DNA of 59,351 nt. Source: a virus. This document shows positions 34,187 through 43,500 of this stretch, piece after piece; within the stretch, counting starts at the first letter, position 1; the number at the start of each line of letters is the position of its first letter. The notes under the pieces were generated by a model. The model did no database searches and had not been told where the DNA came from. It was given only the letters and a program-made list of their open reading frames with translations. Position numbers and translations under genes: made by a program. The stretch lies in the IMG/VR virus record IMGVR_UViG_3300045988_070374; one strand, given 5' to 3'.

Positions 34187-34343
34187 GGCTCATGCCCTCC
34201 TTGTCTGCGGCCTCGTCCTCAATGGGAACGTCGGCCAATACGCACAGGAAGTCCACCATAGACGCGATCTGTGCCAAATCCGCGTCCCGGTTCTCGTTTT
34301 CGGCGGCGGTCTTGATGCCGCCAGTGTTGCGAACAATTTTCAT
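34179..34343 (-). CDS. Small hypothetical protein (54 aa)
   Basis: MKIVRNTGGIKTAAENENRDADLAQIASMVDFLCVLADVPIEDEAADKEGMSHE. Confidence 0.5.
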   Translation of the reverse strand: MKIVRNTGGIKTAAENENRDADLAQIASMVDFLCVLADVPIEDEAADKEGMSHE

Positions 34344-35404
34344 GTCGTTATCCCCTCCAGCAGAGTTTTAACGTATTGATCCATGCGCTGCAGCAGCTGC
34401 TGCGAGTTGCCTTTAGCGGCATGGGCTTTCCATGATCCATACTGCTCATACAGGGCAGATGCCGGTTTCTCTCCCGCCTTGATGAGCTGGGCAAGCCGAA
34501 ACAGGCGCTTGCGCTCGGCCTTGACGTTCTGCGGGTCAACGGTCATAACGACCTTGCCCGCCGGGGTCAGGCGGTAGATGAAACCTAGAAAACGGAATCC
34601 ATCCTTTAGTCTGACGATCTTGGTCTTGGTCGGGTGCAGCTCCATGCCATCGGCAGCGTACCGGGCGCGGATCGCCTCCCGCCACTCCTCAAGCTGCGCC
34701 TTGTCGTGGTGGATGATGAGGCTATCATCCATAAAACGGACGTACTTTTTCGCCCGCAGGCGCTCCTTGATGTAGTGATCTATGGGGTCGGGCACCGAGA
34801 TCCCGGCAAGCTGCACCATCTGGCTGCCCGGATTATAACCGGCCTCGCCGGTATATTGACGATCCAGCACCTCACGCACGCGGTTATGCACACTTGGCGG
34901 CAGATGCCGCTCAAAGCAGCGGTTTGCCACGTCATGGGGCATCGTGTCGTAATAGTGCCGGATATCTACCAACAGCACATAGCCATCAGCGCCGTGCTGC
35001 CGGTATTCGCGCTCCATCATGAGCTTGACCTGCTTGCGCGCCCAGTCGGTGCCTTTGCCGGTCTGACAGGCCGCGTTTTGCCGGATGAAACTCCGTGTCA
35101 TTGCTGGATAAACAGCATTGTCGTTGAGAGAGCGCTGGTATACCCTATCCCGAAAGCCATTCGCAACCGCTGTGCGGGGCTTGGGATAGGTGATTCTAAC
35201 TTTGATTGTTGGCCGTGCCTTGTATGTACCTGTCGCGAGCTCCTTTTGGAGTTTCAGGATCTCGTCCATCCGAAACAGGTGAAACCGTCCAACGCTTGCC
35301 TTGCGGCACACGCCTTTGGCGCACTTGCCCTCGGAATTATACAGGGCATCGAACCCGATTATTATTTCTTCTTCTTGCACTGATTTTTTCAGCTCTCCTC
35401 GCAA
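34340..35404 (-). CDS. DGR reverse transcriptase
   Basis: VLLVDIRHYYDTMPHDV, KYVRFMDDSLIIHHDK (xxDD), adjacent TR/VR pair. Confidence 0.95.
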   Translation of the reverse strand: MRGELKKSVQEEEIIIGFDALYNSEGKCAKGVCRKASVGRFHLFRMDEILKLQKELATGTYKARPTIKVRITYPKPRTAVANGFRDRVYQRSLNDNAVYPAMTRSFIRQNAACQTGKGTDWARKQVKLMMEREYRQHGADGYVLLVDIRHYYDTMPHDVANRCFERHLPPSVHNRVREVLDRQYTGEAGYNPGSQMVQLAGISVPDPIDHYIKERLRAKKYVRFMDDSLIIHHDKAQLEEWREAIRARYAADGMELHPTKTKIVRLKDGFRFLGFIYRLTPAGKVVMTVDPQNVKAERKRLFRLAQLIKAGEKPASALYEQYGSWKAHAAKGNSQQLLQRMDQYVKTLLEGITT

Positions 35405-35564
35405 GGATCTGCCGGGTGATAGCGGTCAACACCCCGCAGGGTGGCCACGTCCGGCTGATATTGTTCGTCTGCCAGAGGACAGACATGGCACTCGGCTCCT
35501 TGCACGGCAGTTTTTGCCCGGCCTCTGCTATGCAGGGGCTTTTGTGGGCGTGCTGCCGTCCAAT

Positions 35565-35684
35565 CCGGGGCGCAGCGATTCGCGCCGATGGCGTCCCAGT
35601 TGTTGACGTAGCCGCTGGAGTTCACGTTGAAGGCATTGTAACCGTTGCCACGATTCGCAGAGCGCAGCCGCACATTGCGGCCCA
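35565..35684 (-). repeat. DGR template repeat (TR), 120 bp
   Basis: aligns without gaps to 36188-36307 with 12 mismatches, 11 at template adenines on the coding strand. Confidence 0.93.
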
Positions 35685-35706
35685 TTAGCCTACAGCCATT
35701 TTTATG

Positions 35707-36117
35707 TCAAAGCGCTTTTGCACGCTTTGCATCACTCTCGTGCCAGTCCCGGCAGCGCTGCCGGATATCGCGCACAGTGTTGCCCCAGAAAGAGCACCGT
35801 TTGCCGGAAAGGTGATAGCTGGCTTTCGCCATGTCTATCTCCGCCAAAAGGACGGTGCACAGCCGGACAGCTTGTCTTTGAAGCTTAAAGCGCTCCTCTC
35901 TTTCGTTCGGCTTGTCCAGCCGGAGGTCGTTTGCTCCGAAGATATCAAAAAATATCCGGTCTGCAGTAGCGCGCAGTTGACCGGGAAGGCTTGCGTCAAT
36001 TTCGAGGTCAAACACTTTCGCGTTTTTGGTGATCTGTCTGGTATACAGTGCCAGCTCACGCGCGTCAAGCGGCAGCGTGAATTTATTGTCCGGTATCTGG
36101 TCTTTGCGCATTGCCAT
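35707..36117 (-). CDS. avd: DGR accessory variability determinant (Avd)-like protein
   Basis: helical protein between TR and VR gene: RATADRIFFDIFGANDLRLDKPNEREERFKLQRQAVRLCTVLLAEIDMAKAS. Confidence 0.7.
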   Translation of the reverse strand: MAMRKDQIPDNKFTLPLDARELALYTRQITKNAKVFDLEIDASLPGQLRATADRIFFDIFGANDLRLDKPNEREERFKLQRQAVRLCTVLLAEIDMAKASYHLSGKRCSFWGNTVRDIRQRCRDWHESDAKRAKAL

Positions 36118-36136
36118 GGGATAGCACTCACTTTCT

Positions 36137-36160
36137 CACCGGGCAAGGGATTGCCCGGTG
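36137..36160. promoter_or_regulatory. DGR post-VR hairpin, 10-bp perfect stem, 4-nt loop
   Basis: caccgggcaa-ggga-ttgcccggtg, 27 bp past the VR boundary, no T-tract. Confidence 0.85.
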
Positions 36161-36161
36161 A

Positions 36162-37418
36162 TTATTTAAGATTGGTCATTTCGCAAGCCGGGGCGCAGCG
36201 AAGCGCGGCGATGGCGCCCCAGTTGCTGACGTAGCCGCTGGAGGCCACGCTGAAGGCATTGTAACCGCTGCCACGACCCGCAGAGCGCAGCCGCACATAG
36301 CGGCCCACAGTGCGCTGTGCAAGATCGCGGGTGATGCGCAGCGGATAGGTCTGCCACAGAGCCTGCGGGGTCTTTGCGCCGGTGCGCTCTTTCCAGTAAG
36401 GCCAGTAGCCGGTGCCCTCGCCGGACACCTGCGGCGAGCAGTAGATCTCCTGCAGGGAGGGCAGGAAAATCTTGTCATAAGTCACCACAGCGCTGCCGTC
36501 ATCGGTGACGGTGTTGCCGTAAGTCACGACCTTCACGCGAGTCAGGGCGGCCTTGAAGTCATCCGAGAAGCCAGCAAGGAAGCCGGGCACGGTGTCTGCC
36601 TGATCTGGCTTCATATCCCATTCATCCTGCGGAGCCCACCATTCTTTTGCGGGTGCATCGCTGTTGAGGTACTGGCGGTATGCGGACTTATACCACCGGT
36701 TATCGCCGTAGGCAACCGAATGCAAGCCGTTCAGTTTGCCGTTGGGCTTTGCAAGGAAGGAACCAAGATTTATGCCATCGACGCCAGCAGAGATGTTGCA
36801 GGTCTCCAGCAGCTCGGACTTATACTGATCCTTGTAGACGTAAACCTTCCAATTGGCAGGTGCAACGTCCGGTGCGTTATAGAAGCCGGTCAGGCGTGCA
36901 CCTGCGGGGGCATTTTTGGTCAAGGTAAAATTATAGGCACCGCCGTTTATGACGTTTGTGCCATAGGTAAAATCAAAAATGATGTTGTAGGTGCCGGCAG
37001 CAAGGCCGGATTCCTGCACCACATAAAAAGCCTGATATGCAGAAAACTGGATATCCTCCAGAGACGCATAGTGCATCTGCAGCACCATTGCGGGTGCGGT
37101 GGTGCCGGTCTCGCCCTCTGCGATATCATCCGGCTGCACCACGTCCCACGGGCAGTCGTAGGTTTTGCCGTCCTTGCCGGTGTAGGTGTTCACCAGCTGG
37201 GTGCCGACCGGAAAAACCGCCGGTGCGTTACCGGCAGCCACCACGGCCTTGATGCCGTTATAGTCCATCTCCTCCACCACGCCGGTCTGTGCCCGCGCGA
37301 TCACGCCCAGCGAGCTGGACATACCCAGCAGGGCGGCGGTCATCTGGTCAAGCTTTCTGCCGTTGTCTTTTGCGGTCTGATCCAGATAGACCGGATCGGT
37401 TACCATAGTTTCAGCCAT
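36162..37418 (-). CDS. DGR target: receptor-binding/tail protein with C-type-lectin-like C-terminus
   Basis: VR encodes GRYVRLRSAGRGSGYNAFSVASSGYVSNWGAIAALRCAP near the C-terminus. Confidence 0.9.
   Translation of the reverse strand: MAETMVTDPVYLDQTAKDNGRKLDQMTAALLGMSSSLGVIARAQTGVVEEMDYNGIKAVVAAGNAPAVFPVGTQLVNTYTGKDGKTYDCPWDVVQPDDIAEGETGTTAPAMVLQMHYASLEDIQFSAYQAFYVVQESGLAAGTYNIIFDFTYGTNVINGGAYNFTLTKNAPAGARLTGFYNAPDVAPANWKVYVYKDQYKSELLETCNISAGVDGINLGSFLAKPNGKLNGLHSVAYGDNRWYKSAYRQYLNSDAPAKEWWAPQDEWDMKPDQADTVPGFLAGFSDDFKAALTRVKVVTYGNTVTDDGSAVVTYDKIFLPSLQEIYCSPQVSGEGTGYWPYWKERTGAKTPQALWQTYPLRITRDLAQRTVGRYVRLRSAGRGSGYNAFSVASSGYVSNWGAIAALRCAPACEMTNLK
36188..36307 (-). repeat. DGR variable repeat (VR), 120 bp
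   Basis: see TR. Confidence 0.93.
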
Positions 37419-37432
37419 GTGTTTTGCTCCTT

Positions 37433-37768
37433 TCAGGATTTAACATATTTCATGCAGACTTTGCCGTCAACCACGACAAATCCGCAGGATTCGAGGGCTG
37501 CGGTGCGCGTATCCAGCGCCTGCTCTGCCTGCTCTGCGCGGGTCTTTTCGGCGGTGATAGCGGTGTCCAAGCGCTGCTCCTCGCCTTTGGCGCGGGTGGT
37601 TTCATCAGAAACGCTTTTTGCGATAGCTTGTACTTCTGTTTTATCTGCTTTGCCAGCAAGCGCCGTGCTTGAATTACCTTCCAAGTCCACAATGCCGTCC
37701 TCGATGTGGTTTAGCTGCGAAGCGGAAAGCACTTCACCGTTTGCAAAGTTCTGCTTTTGATAGCTCAT
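37433..37768 (-). CDS. Coiled-coil tail-associated protein
   Basis: MSYQKQNFANGEVLSASQLNHIEDGIVDLE (tail-appendage N-terminal motif). Confidence 0.7.
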   Translation of the reverse strand: MSYQKQNFANGEVLSASQLNHIEDGIVDLEGNSSTALAGKADKTEVQAIAKSVSDETTRAKGEEQRLDTAITAEKTRAEQAEQALDTRTAALESCGFVVVDGKVCMKYVKS

Positions 37769-37968
37769 TGATAGGTTACCTCCTCTTCTTGTTTTTCAAT
37801 CGGTGAGTAGACGAACTCTCCGTTGACGTACAGATAATCGTAGAGATTTGCTTTGCCGTCCTCCGGTATTTCACTTACAGAAATGCCATCTTTTAATTTG
37901 ATTTCGTTGAACGTTTCGCAAACGCTTAGAATGCGGTTTGTGTTTTTGTCAAGGTTTAAAACAAACAT
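37765..37968 (-). CDS. Small tail-region protein
   Basis: MFVLNLDKNTNRILSVCETFNEIKLKDG... Confidence 0.6.
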   Translation of the reverse strand: MFVLNLDKNTNRILSVCETFNEIKLKDGISVSEIPEDGKANLYDYLYVNGEFVYSPIEKQEEEVTYQ

Positions 37969-37969
37969 A

Positions 37970-40174
37970 TCATTTAATCCCAAAAATCGTTAAAGGTATC
38001 ATATAATTGTTGTTTACGGTCGAAACATCGCTTGAACTCTTTTTTGAGTTGACAACTGCATTATAAAACCTAAACCCAACATTCCCGTTGCTATCGTCCG
38101 TATCATTTGACAAGACGAACGGTCTGCAAGCAGATGTCGGCTGGCTAACAATGGAAACCGTTGAATCAAGCCCCCATGCATCTGTATAGTTTATATAAGA
38201 ATCTGGGTATTCAACTCTGGAAATGTAAGGGTGAAAAACGCCAAGAAACTGGTCGGACTTGTTTTCTACAACCATAGAAATGTTTCCAATGTAAGCTTTT
38301 TTCAAAGATGCCAAATCGTATGCTTTCCCGTCAAAGCGTATAAGGAACTTTGAGTATTGCATTGCATTCATTAAATCTATGTCTTGCGGAGAGAAAGTGG
38401 AAGATGGGCTGCTGTTTTTCCATAAAAGAACCATAATAGCACCTGTTGCAAGATTTCCTGCCGTAATCGTATCTGCTTTGATTTCCGTTGCGGTAATCGT
38501 TCCGGCTTGAATCACCTTTGCGTTCAGACCATCAGCGGAAATATCCTCAGTCGTTACCGCGCCCTTCAGGTTGATTTTGGACGCTTCGATTTGCACCGAT
38601 TGTGCAGTCTGATTTATCGTGGAAGCAATATCGCCCTTGGAAACCTTTGTTTCAATCTTTTCGTTGGTAACTTTCAGCTGCGCGTCCGCGTAAGACTTTG
38701 CATTGCTTTCGGCTGCGGTTGCTTTGCTTGTGGCGTCCGCAGCAGCGCTGTTAATTGCGTCAGACTTTGCAGTCGCAAGCTCTTCTTTTGTTGCACGCAG
38801 AGTAATAGCATCAGCGTTTTGAGAAATCTTTGTTTCTGCTACACCGATACGCGTAGAAACGCCAGCCATGTCAGTTTGGTATGTTTCCTTCGTGACGCGG
38901 GATTCAATGGCAGCTTGCGTCTTTTCAAAATCGGAAGAATATTGCGTCTTGAACTTCGTCAAGTCGTTCTTGGTCTGGTTCGTCTGCGTGGCTGTCTGGT
39001 TTATCTTTTTCAGATTCACTCTGTCCGTTGCCGCCTGTTGGCTTGTAACGCCGCTTGTGGACTGCGTATAGGAAGAACTTGTGACCGTTTCGCCAGCGCC
39101 GGAAATCGCTGTGTTGCAGTTCAAAGCAAGCGTAACATTGGTGACAATGGTATCATGCACAACGCCGTCTTTGTCCTTGTAGCGTATCATGTCCAGCGGG
39201 AACAAATACGGTGCAGACTTAATGGTGGCGCTGTATGGACGGTAGGTAAACCCGCCGCGTGCAGTTTGCAGTTCCTTCAAAACACCCTCGTAGGCGTTGG
39301 TCAGGAAACCGCAGTCACTTAGATCAAGCGTGTAATCTGCCGTGCCAGACAGGTATGTGTTGCCCTTGCCATCGTCACAGGTGAAGCCGGTAATGGTGAT
39401 GTCGTTCTCCAACATATCACTGGAATAGCGCTCACTTGCGGTAATGATTACGCCGGTCTGCTCATACCATTTCAGCACAAGCCGTCCACTGCCATCCATG
39501 AACGCGCAAGTGCCGGTAAGCTGCGCACACCATTGCAAGAGCTGCCGGTAGGTCAACTTCTGGTTAGTATCCGGCAGACCGCCGATGCTAAAATAGTGGT
39601 TTGGCAGCACCGAAACGTCCGTTGCAAGCGCAACATTGCAGATGGAGCAGATTTTTTGAATAAGCGCGTCAACATGGATGGGGAAGGAGAGCGCGGAAGC
39701 GTTCACCTCACGGTCAAACAAGACCATGTAGTCCAATGCAGAGATGCTTATAGTGCTTAGCTTTCTGGGTGGCGTGTCTACAATGAACAGACCACATGGA
39801 ACATACGCAACGTCTTGATCGGAAGATGCAGAACCAAGAATCATACGCCCAAGGATGCCCTTGCCAAGCGTTGCGCCCTCAAGGACGCTAGACAGTTTGA
39901 TGCCGATTTTAACGTTCAGGACAGCTCCCTCAAAGGAAACATCGTTGAACTTGCCATCGTAGTTTCGCAGCTTCAAGGACAGTTCAGAAGCAACCGCAGA
40001 GCCGATCTCGATTTTGCTGTTGGTCACGCAGTATCGGTCAATCTTCAACCCGCCTTGAATGATATCTGCATCGGTGATGGTAAACGTCTTGCTGCCAGCA
40101 GTAACCTCAATAAGGGCAGTCTGTTTGTTGCCCTCGTTAAAGGATTTTATGATATCTTGCGATACATTGACCAT
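37970..40174 (-). CDS. Tail tip / host-specificity-like protein
   Basis: 734 aa ORF between distal tail and fibre genes; ...VSTRIGVAETKISQNADAITLRATKEELATAKSDAINSAAADATSKATAAESNAKSYADAQLK. Confidence 0.75.
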   Translation of the reverse strand: MVNVSQDIIKSFNEGNKQTALIEVTAGSKTFTITDADIIQGGLKIDRYCVTNSKIEIGSAVASELSLKLRNYDGKFNDVSFEGAVLNVKIGIKLSSVLEGATLGKGILGRMILGSASSDQDVAYVPCGLFIVDTPPRKLSTISISALDYMVLFDREVNASALSFPIHVDALIQKICSICNVALATDVSVLPNHYFSIGGLPDTNQKLTYRQLLQWCAQLTGTCAFMDGSGRLVLKWYEQTGVIITASERYSSDMLENDITITGFTCDDGKGNTYLSGTADYTLDLSDCGFLTNAYEGVLKELQTARGGFTYRPYSATIKSAPYLFPLDMIRYKDKDGVVHDTIVTNVTLALNCNTAISGAGETVTSSSYTQSTSGVTSQQAATDRVNLKKINQTATQTNQTKNDLTKFKTQYSSDFEKTQAAIESRVTKETYQTDMAGVSTRIGVAETKISQNADAITLRATKEELATAKSDAINSAAADATSKATAAESNAKSYADAQLKVTNEKIETKVSKGDIASTINQTAQSVQIEASKINLKGAVTTEDISADGLNAKVIQAGTITATEIKADTITAGNLATGAIMVLLWKNSSPSSTFSPQDIDLMNAMQYSKFLIRFDGKAYDLASLKKAYIGNISMVVENKSDQFLGVFHPYISRVEYPDSYINYTDAWGLDSTVSIVSQPTSACRPFVLSNDTDDSNGNVGFRFYNAVVNSKKSSSDVSTVNNNYMIPLTIFGIK

Positions 40175-40551
40175 CAGTGTGCAGCCCTTTCGATGATGTT
40201 AAAAGATATCCCTTCCCAGCGATTCATCCGCGAATTATACATAGGAACAGCACGGTCACCAACGTAGAACTCGCTGGTTTTCCAATCGCCAGCCATTGCG
40301 TCAAGATAGGTGACGTTGATGTATTCCGGGTTGAACGCTTTCAGGATAGCAGCGGCTTCTTTTATTGTGGTGTACTTCCATTCCAGTTCCAGCTTGACGC
40401 ACTGTCCAAGACGTTTCTTGTCCATCTTGTTATCCTCTGTACGTCCGGCATCGGATGCCGAAATGTCCTGTAACCGCCACTGATAAGAAGAGGGGCATTT
40501 AAGATACTGCCCATCCACGCTCCGAATCGGATTGTACTGGTCAAGTTCCAT
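40174..40551 (-). CDS. Distal tail-region protein
   Basis: position between tape measure and tail-tip genes. Confidence 0.55.
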   Translation of the reverse strand: MELDQYNPIRSVDGQYLKCPSSYQWRLQDISASDAGRTEDNKMDKKRLGQCVKLELEWKYTTIKEAAAILKAFNPEYINVTYLDAMAGDWKTSEFYVGDRAVPMYNSRMNRWEGISFNIIERAAH

Positions 40552-40564
40552 AAATGCCCCTCCT

Positions 40565-43500
40565 TTAAGTACCTACCGGGATAATTGTTTTGCCGTTACG
40601 CTGGTTCGTTCTGTTCACTGCCTGATAGAAGCTGGACACGTTGACCTCTGCGCTCCCTTCCTTCTCAAGCAGAGCCTGCAACAGTTCGTTCTGTCGGCGC
40701 AAAAGCTGGTTCTGACGCTCCATTGCAGCTTCAACACCTTCGCGGATGCCCTCAACGATTTGGTCATTGTTGGCAACTGCTGCGTGACCGCCCAGAGAGC
40801 CGACCATTTCTGCACCGGCTTCTCGGGCGATAAACAGCTGCCCGGCATCGGGGAAACCGCCGCTTGCAAAGCCGAAAATGCCTTTGAAGAAGTCAACCAC
40901 GCCACCCACGGCATCTCCAACCCAATCAACGACCCCACCAACAGCATCTCCGACCCATCCGAAAATATCGCCAGCAACGTTGCCAACGGCACCAAGAGCG
41001 GAAAGAATCGCACCCGGAATGTCACCGGTGAACGCTTTGAATATTGCTATTCCTCCGTTGAGCAAGGTCTTACCCCACTTCAAAGCGTCCCCACCCGAGC
41101 TAGAACCACTACCAGAACCAGAACTGCCACCAGAGCCATTTCCAGAGCCGATACCTAAGTTGGAGCCAAACTGTTTAAGAAAATTCAGACCAGATTTAAG
41201 GATGTCTCCCCAGTTAGTGTCGAAAGCTTTAAAGATAAAGTCCGTAAGGGTCTTTACGCCTTTTTTGATGCCGAGAGATTCCCAAGCATCAGAAAAGTCA
41301 ATTCCAAGCTGGTTCAAAAAGCCTTTTGTGCCTTTCAAGATGGAATCCCAACTGTCAGAGAAAAATTTCCCGATTCCACTGTCTTTGTCAAACAAATCGC
41401 TGAAGAAGGATTTCAGCCCACCATACGCCTGTTTCAAGGCGGGAACTTGGTCGATAACCTCACCAACTTTGGTTTTCAGGTTATTAAAGGTGGTAATAAC
41501 GTTCTTCACGCTGTCAATGGTGTCGGACACGTTCTTGATAGCAGTGGAAACCTTGTCAAAAACAAGGTACACGCCCTCAAACGCCTTTTGGATGGCAAGA
41601 CCGGCGGCACCAAAGAAGCCGTTATACTGGTACTCGTTTTCAATCTCTGCAACGCTCTTTTTCACAAAAGACCGTATATCAGAGACCGCGCTCACAAAGC
41701 CATCATGCGTGTTCAGGATAGACTTCGATGCAGCGGTAAGCGCGTCAATGGAGGATTTGAATCCATTGGAAATGTCTTTGCCCGCCTTAGTAACCGCGTT
41801 GATGCCCTCCGTGAAATCGCCCAAGTCGGTTTTCATCTTCTTAAACCAGCCACCAAAACTATCATTGGTGGTGCGCACAGAACGTTTCAGCGCGTTTGCT
41901 GTTTCCATCATGGACTTGCCGCTTGCGTCAATGGACAGGCTGATAGAGCCATTGCCCAATCCGTAGTTCTCATCTGCCAGCTGAGAGCCGATGGCCTTTA
42001 CCGCGTCAGACACGGACTGGATGGCGTTCACCGCAAGGTCTTTGGCAGCGGAGATGCCGTTGGCGAGACCTTCTACGATATAACCACCGTAGCCCTTGAA
42101 AACTTTGGAAGGGGAGTTGATGCCGGTGTCTGTCGTGAACTTATCAAGAATGGCTTTTGCAAGACCGCCGACAGACTTTTTAGCACTTTCGATGCCCTTG
42201 TTGATGCCATCAATCAAGCCCTGAACGATGTTCTTGCCGTAGTTAAGGAACTTTTGCGGCAGTTCTTTCAGAGTGTCGACAAGGCTGTTCCAAGACTTAT
42301 CCCAGTTTGTCTTAAAGCCTTGCCATTTTTTGTCCCACCAGACGCCTACTCCAACAAACCATTGCTTTAAGTCGGCACTTGCTTTGTCAAGAGCGACCGT
42401 GATTTTATCCCAGTTCTGGTAAATGGCAATCCCAGCATCAGTCAGACCGCCCACAATTAAACCGATGATTGCACCGATTCCAGCAGTAATCGGGCCTCCG
42501 AGAGAGCCTATAATTGCGCCAACAGCAGCACCAGCCATCGTAGAACCAGCAGGAATCAGCAAACCGTTCAAAATATTCAAGCCGTTTGTTAAAGCATCAT
42601 AAACGCCGGTCACAAACATTGCAACGCCAGCTACAACACCAGCAACAACCGCGCCAACTAACGCACCGCCCATTTTGCCGCCTGCGGCAGTAATAGCTTT
42701 TGCAACGGCACTATCTGCAAAGGAAGTCGTGATAAACTCTGCGATTTTTGAGCCAAGCAATGCTGCGCCGCCAACAAACGTAATAGCACCTACAAGGATT
42801 TCCGCAAAATTGATAGCGTTAAGCTTGTCCTGAATAGCTTTCTTGATACCATCAAACATCAGGAAAAATCCAAGGCCTATCAGAATGCCACCGGCGACCA
42901 TGCCTTTCAAAATGCCGATTTTTTTGATTGCGTCAACAAGGTCTGCAATAAAAGTGGTCAGCTTCCACAAAGCAAGCGCTGCGGTAACGGCGCCGATAAT
43001 CGGAAGCATCCCTCTGATTTTTTCCTTGATGCTATCAATCTGCTTTACAAACTCTTCGTTGTACCGCTTGAACATATCGTAGCCGGACAGATCTACATCG
43101 CCTAAGATGTTGCCAGCAGCACCAGAACCAGAACCGGAACCACCGGAAGAACCATTGTCCTTCTGGATGACGTTTAGTTCATCAAAGCCCATGATGTAGT
43201 TCTTGAACGCCTTTGCAGCCTTGCCGGTCGCTTTGGTGGTATTGTCCATCGCATCCGTGACGCCACCAACAGCATCGCTTGCGCTGCTAAAGTCTGGGAA
43301 TTCTACCTTGACGCCCATTAACGATGCAATGCCCGTCACAAGCTCTTTGACCAGTTCAACGGCAGCGATCAGCGGGGGAAGGATGGATTTCAGGGCAGGG
43401 TAAAGCAAAGAACCAACGGCGCGAGCCAGACTGTTCAGCTGTGCCTGCAAAATACGAATCATGTTTGCAGGGCTAGACAAAGTGCGGGCGAAGTCTCCCT

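Noticed and set aside
34634-35383. 249-aa plus-strand ORF
   Set aside because: Antisense to the RT, which has clear catalytic motifs.
36720-37760. 346-aa plus-strand ORF
   Set aside because: Antisense to DGR target and coiled-coil tail genes.
40878-41966. 362-aa plus-strand ORF (and 41447-42370)
   Set aside because: Antisense to the tape measure gene; Pro/Ser-rich shadow translation.
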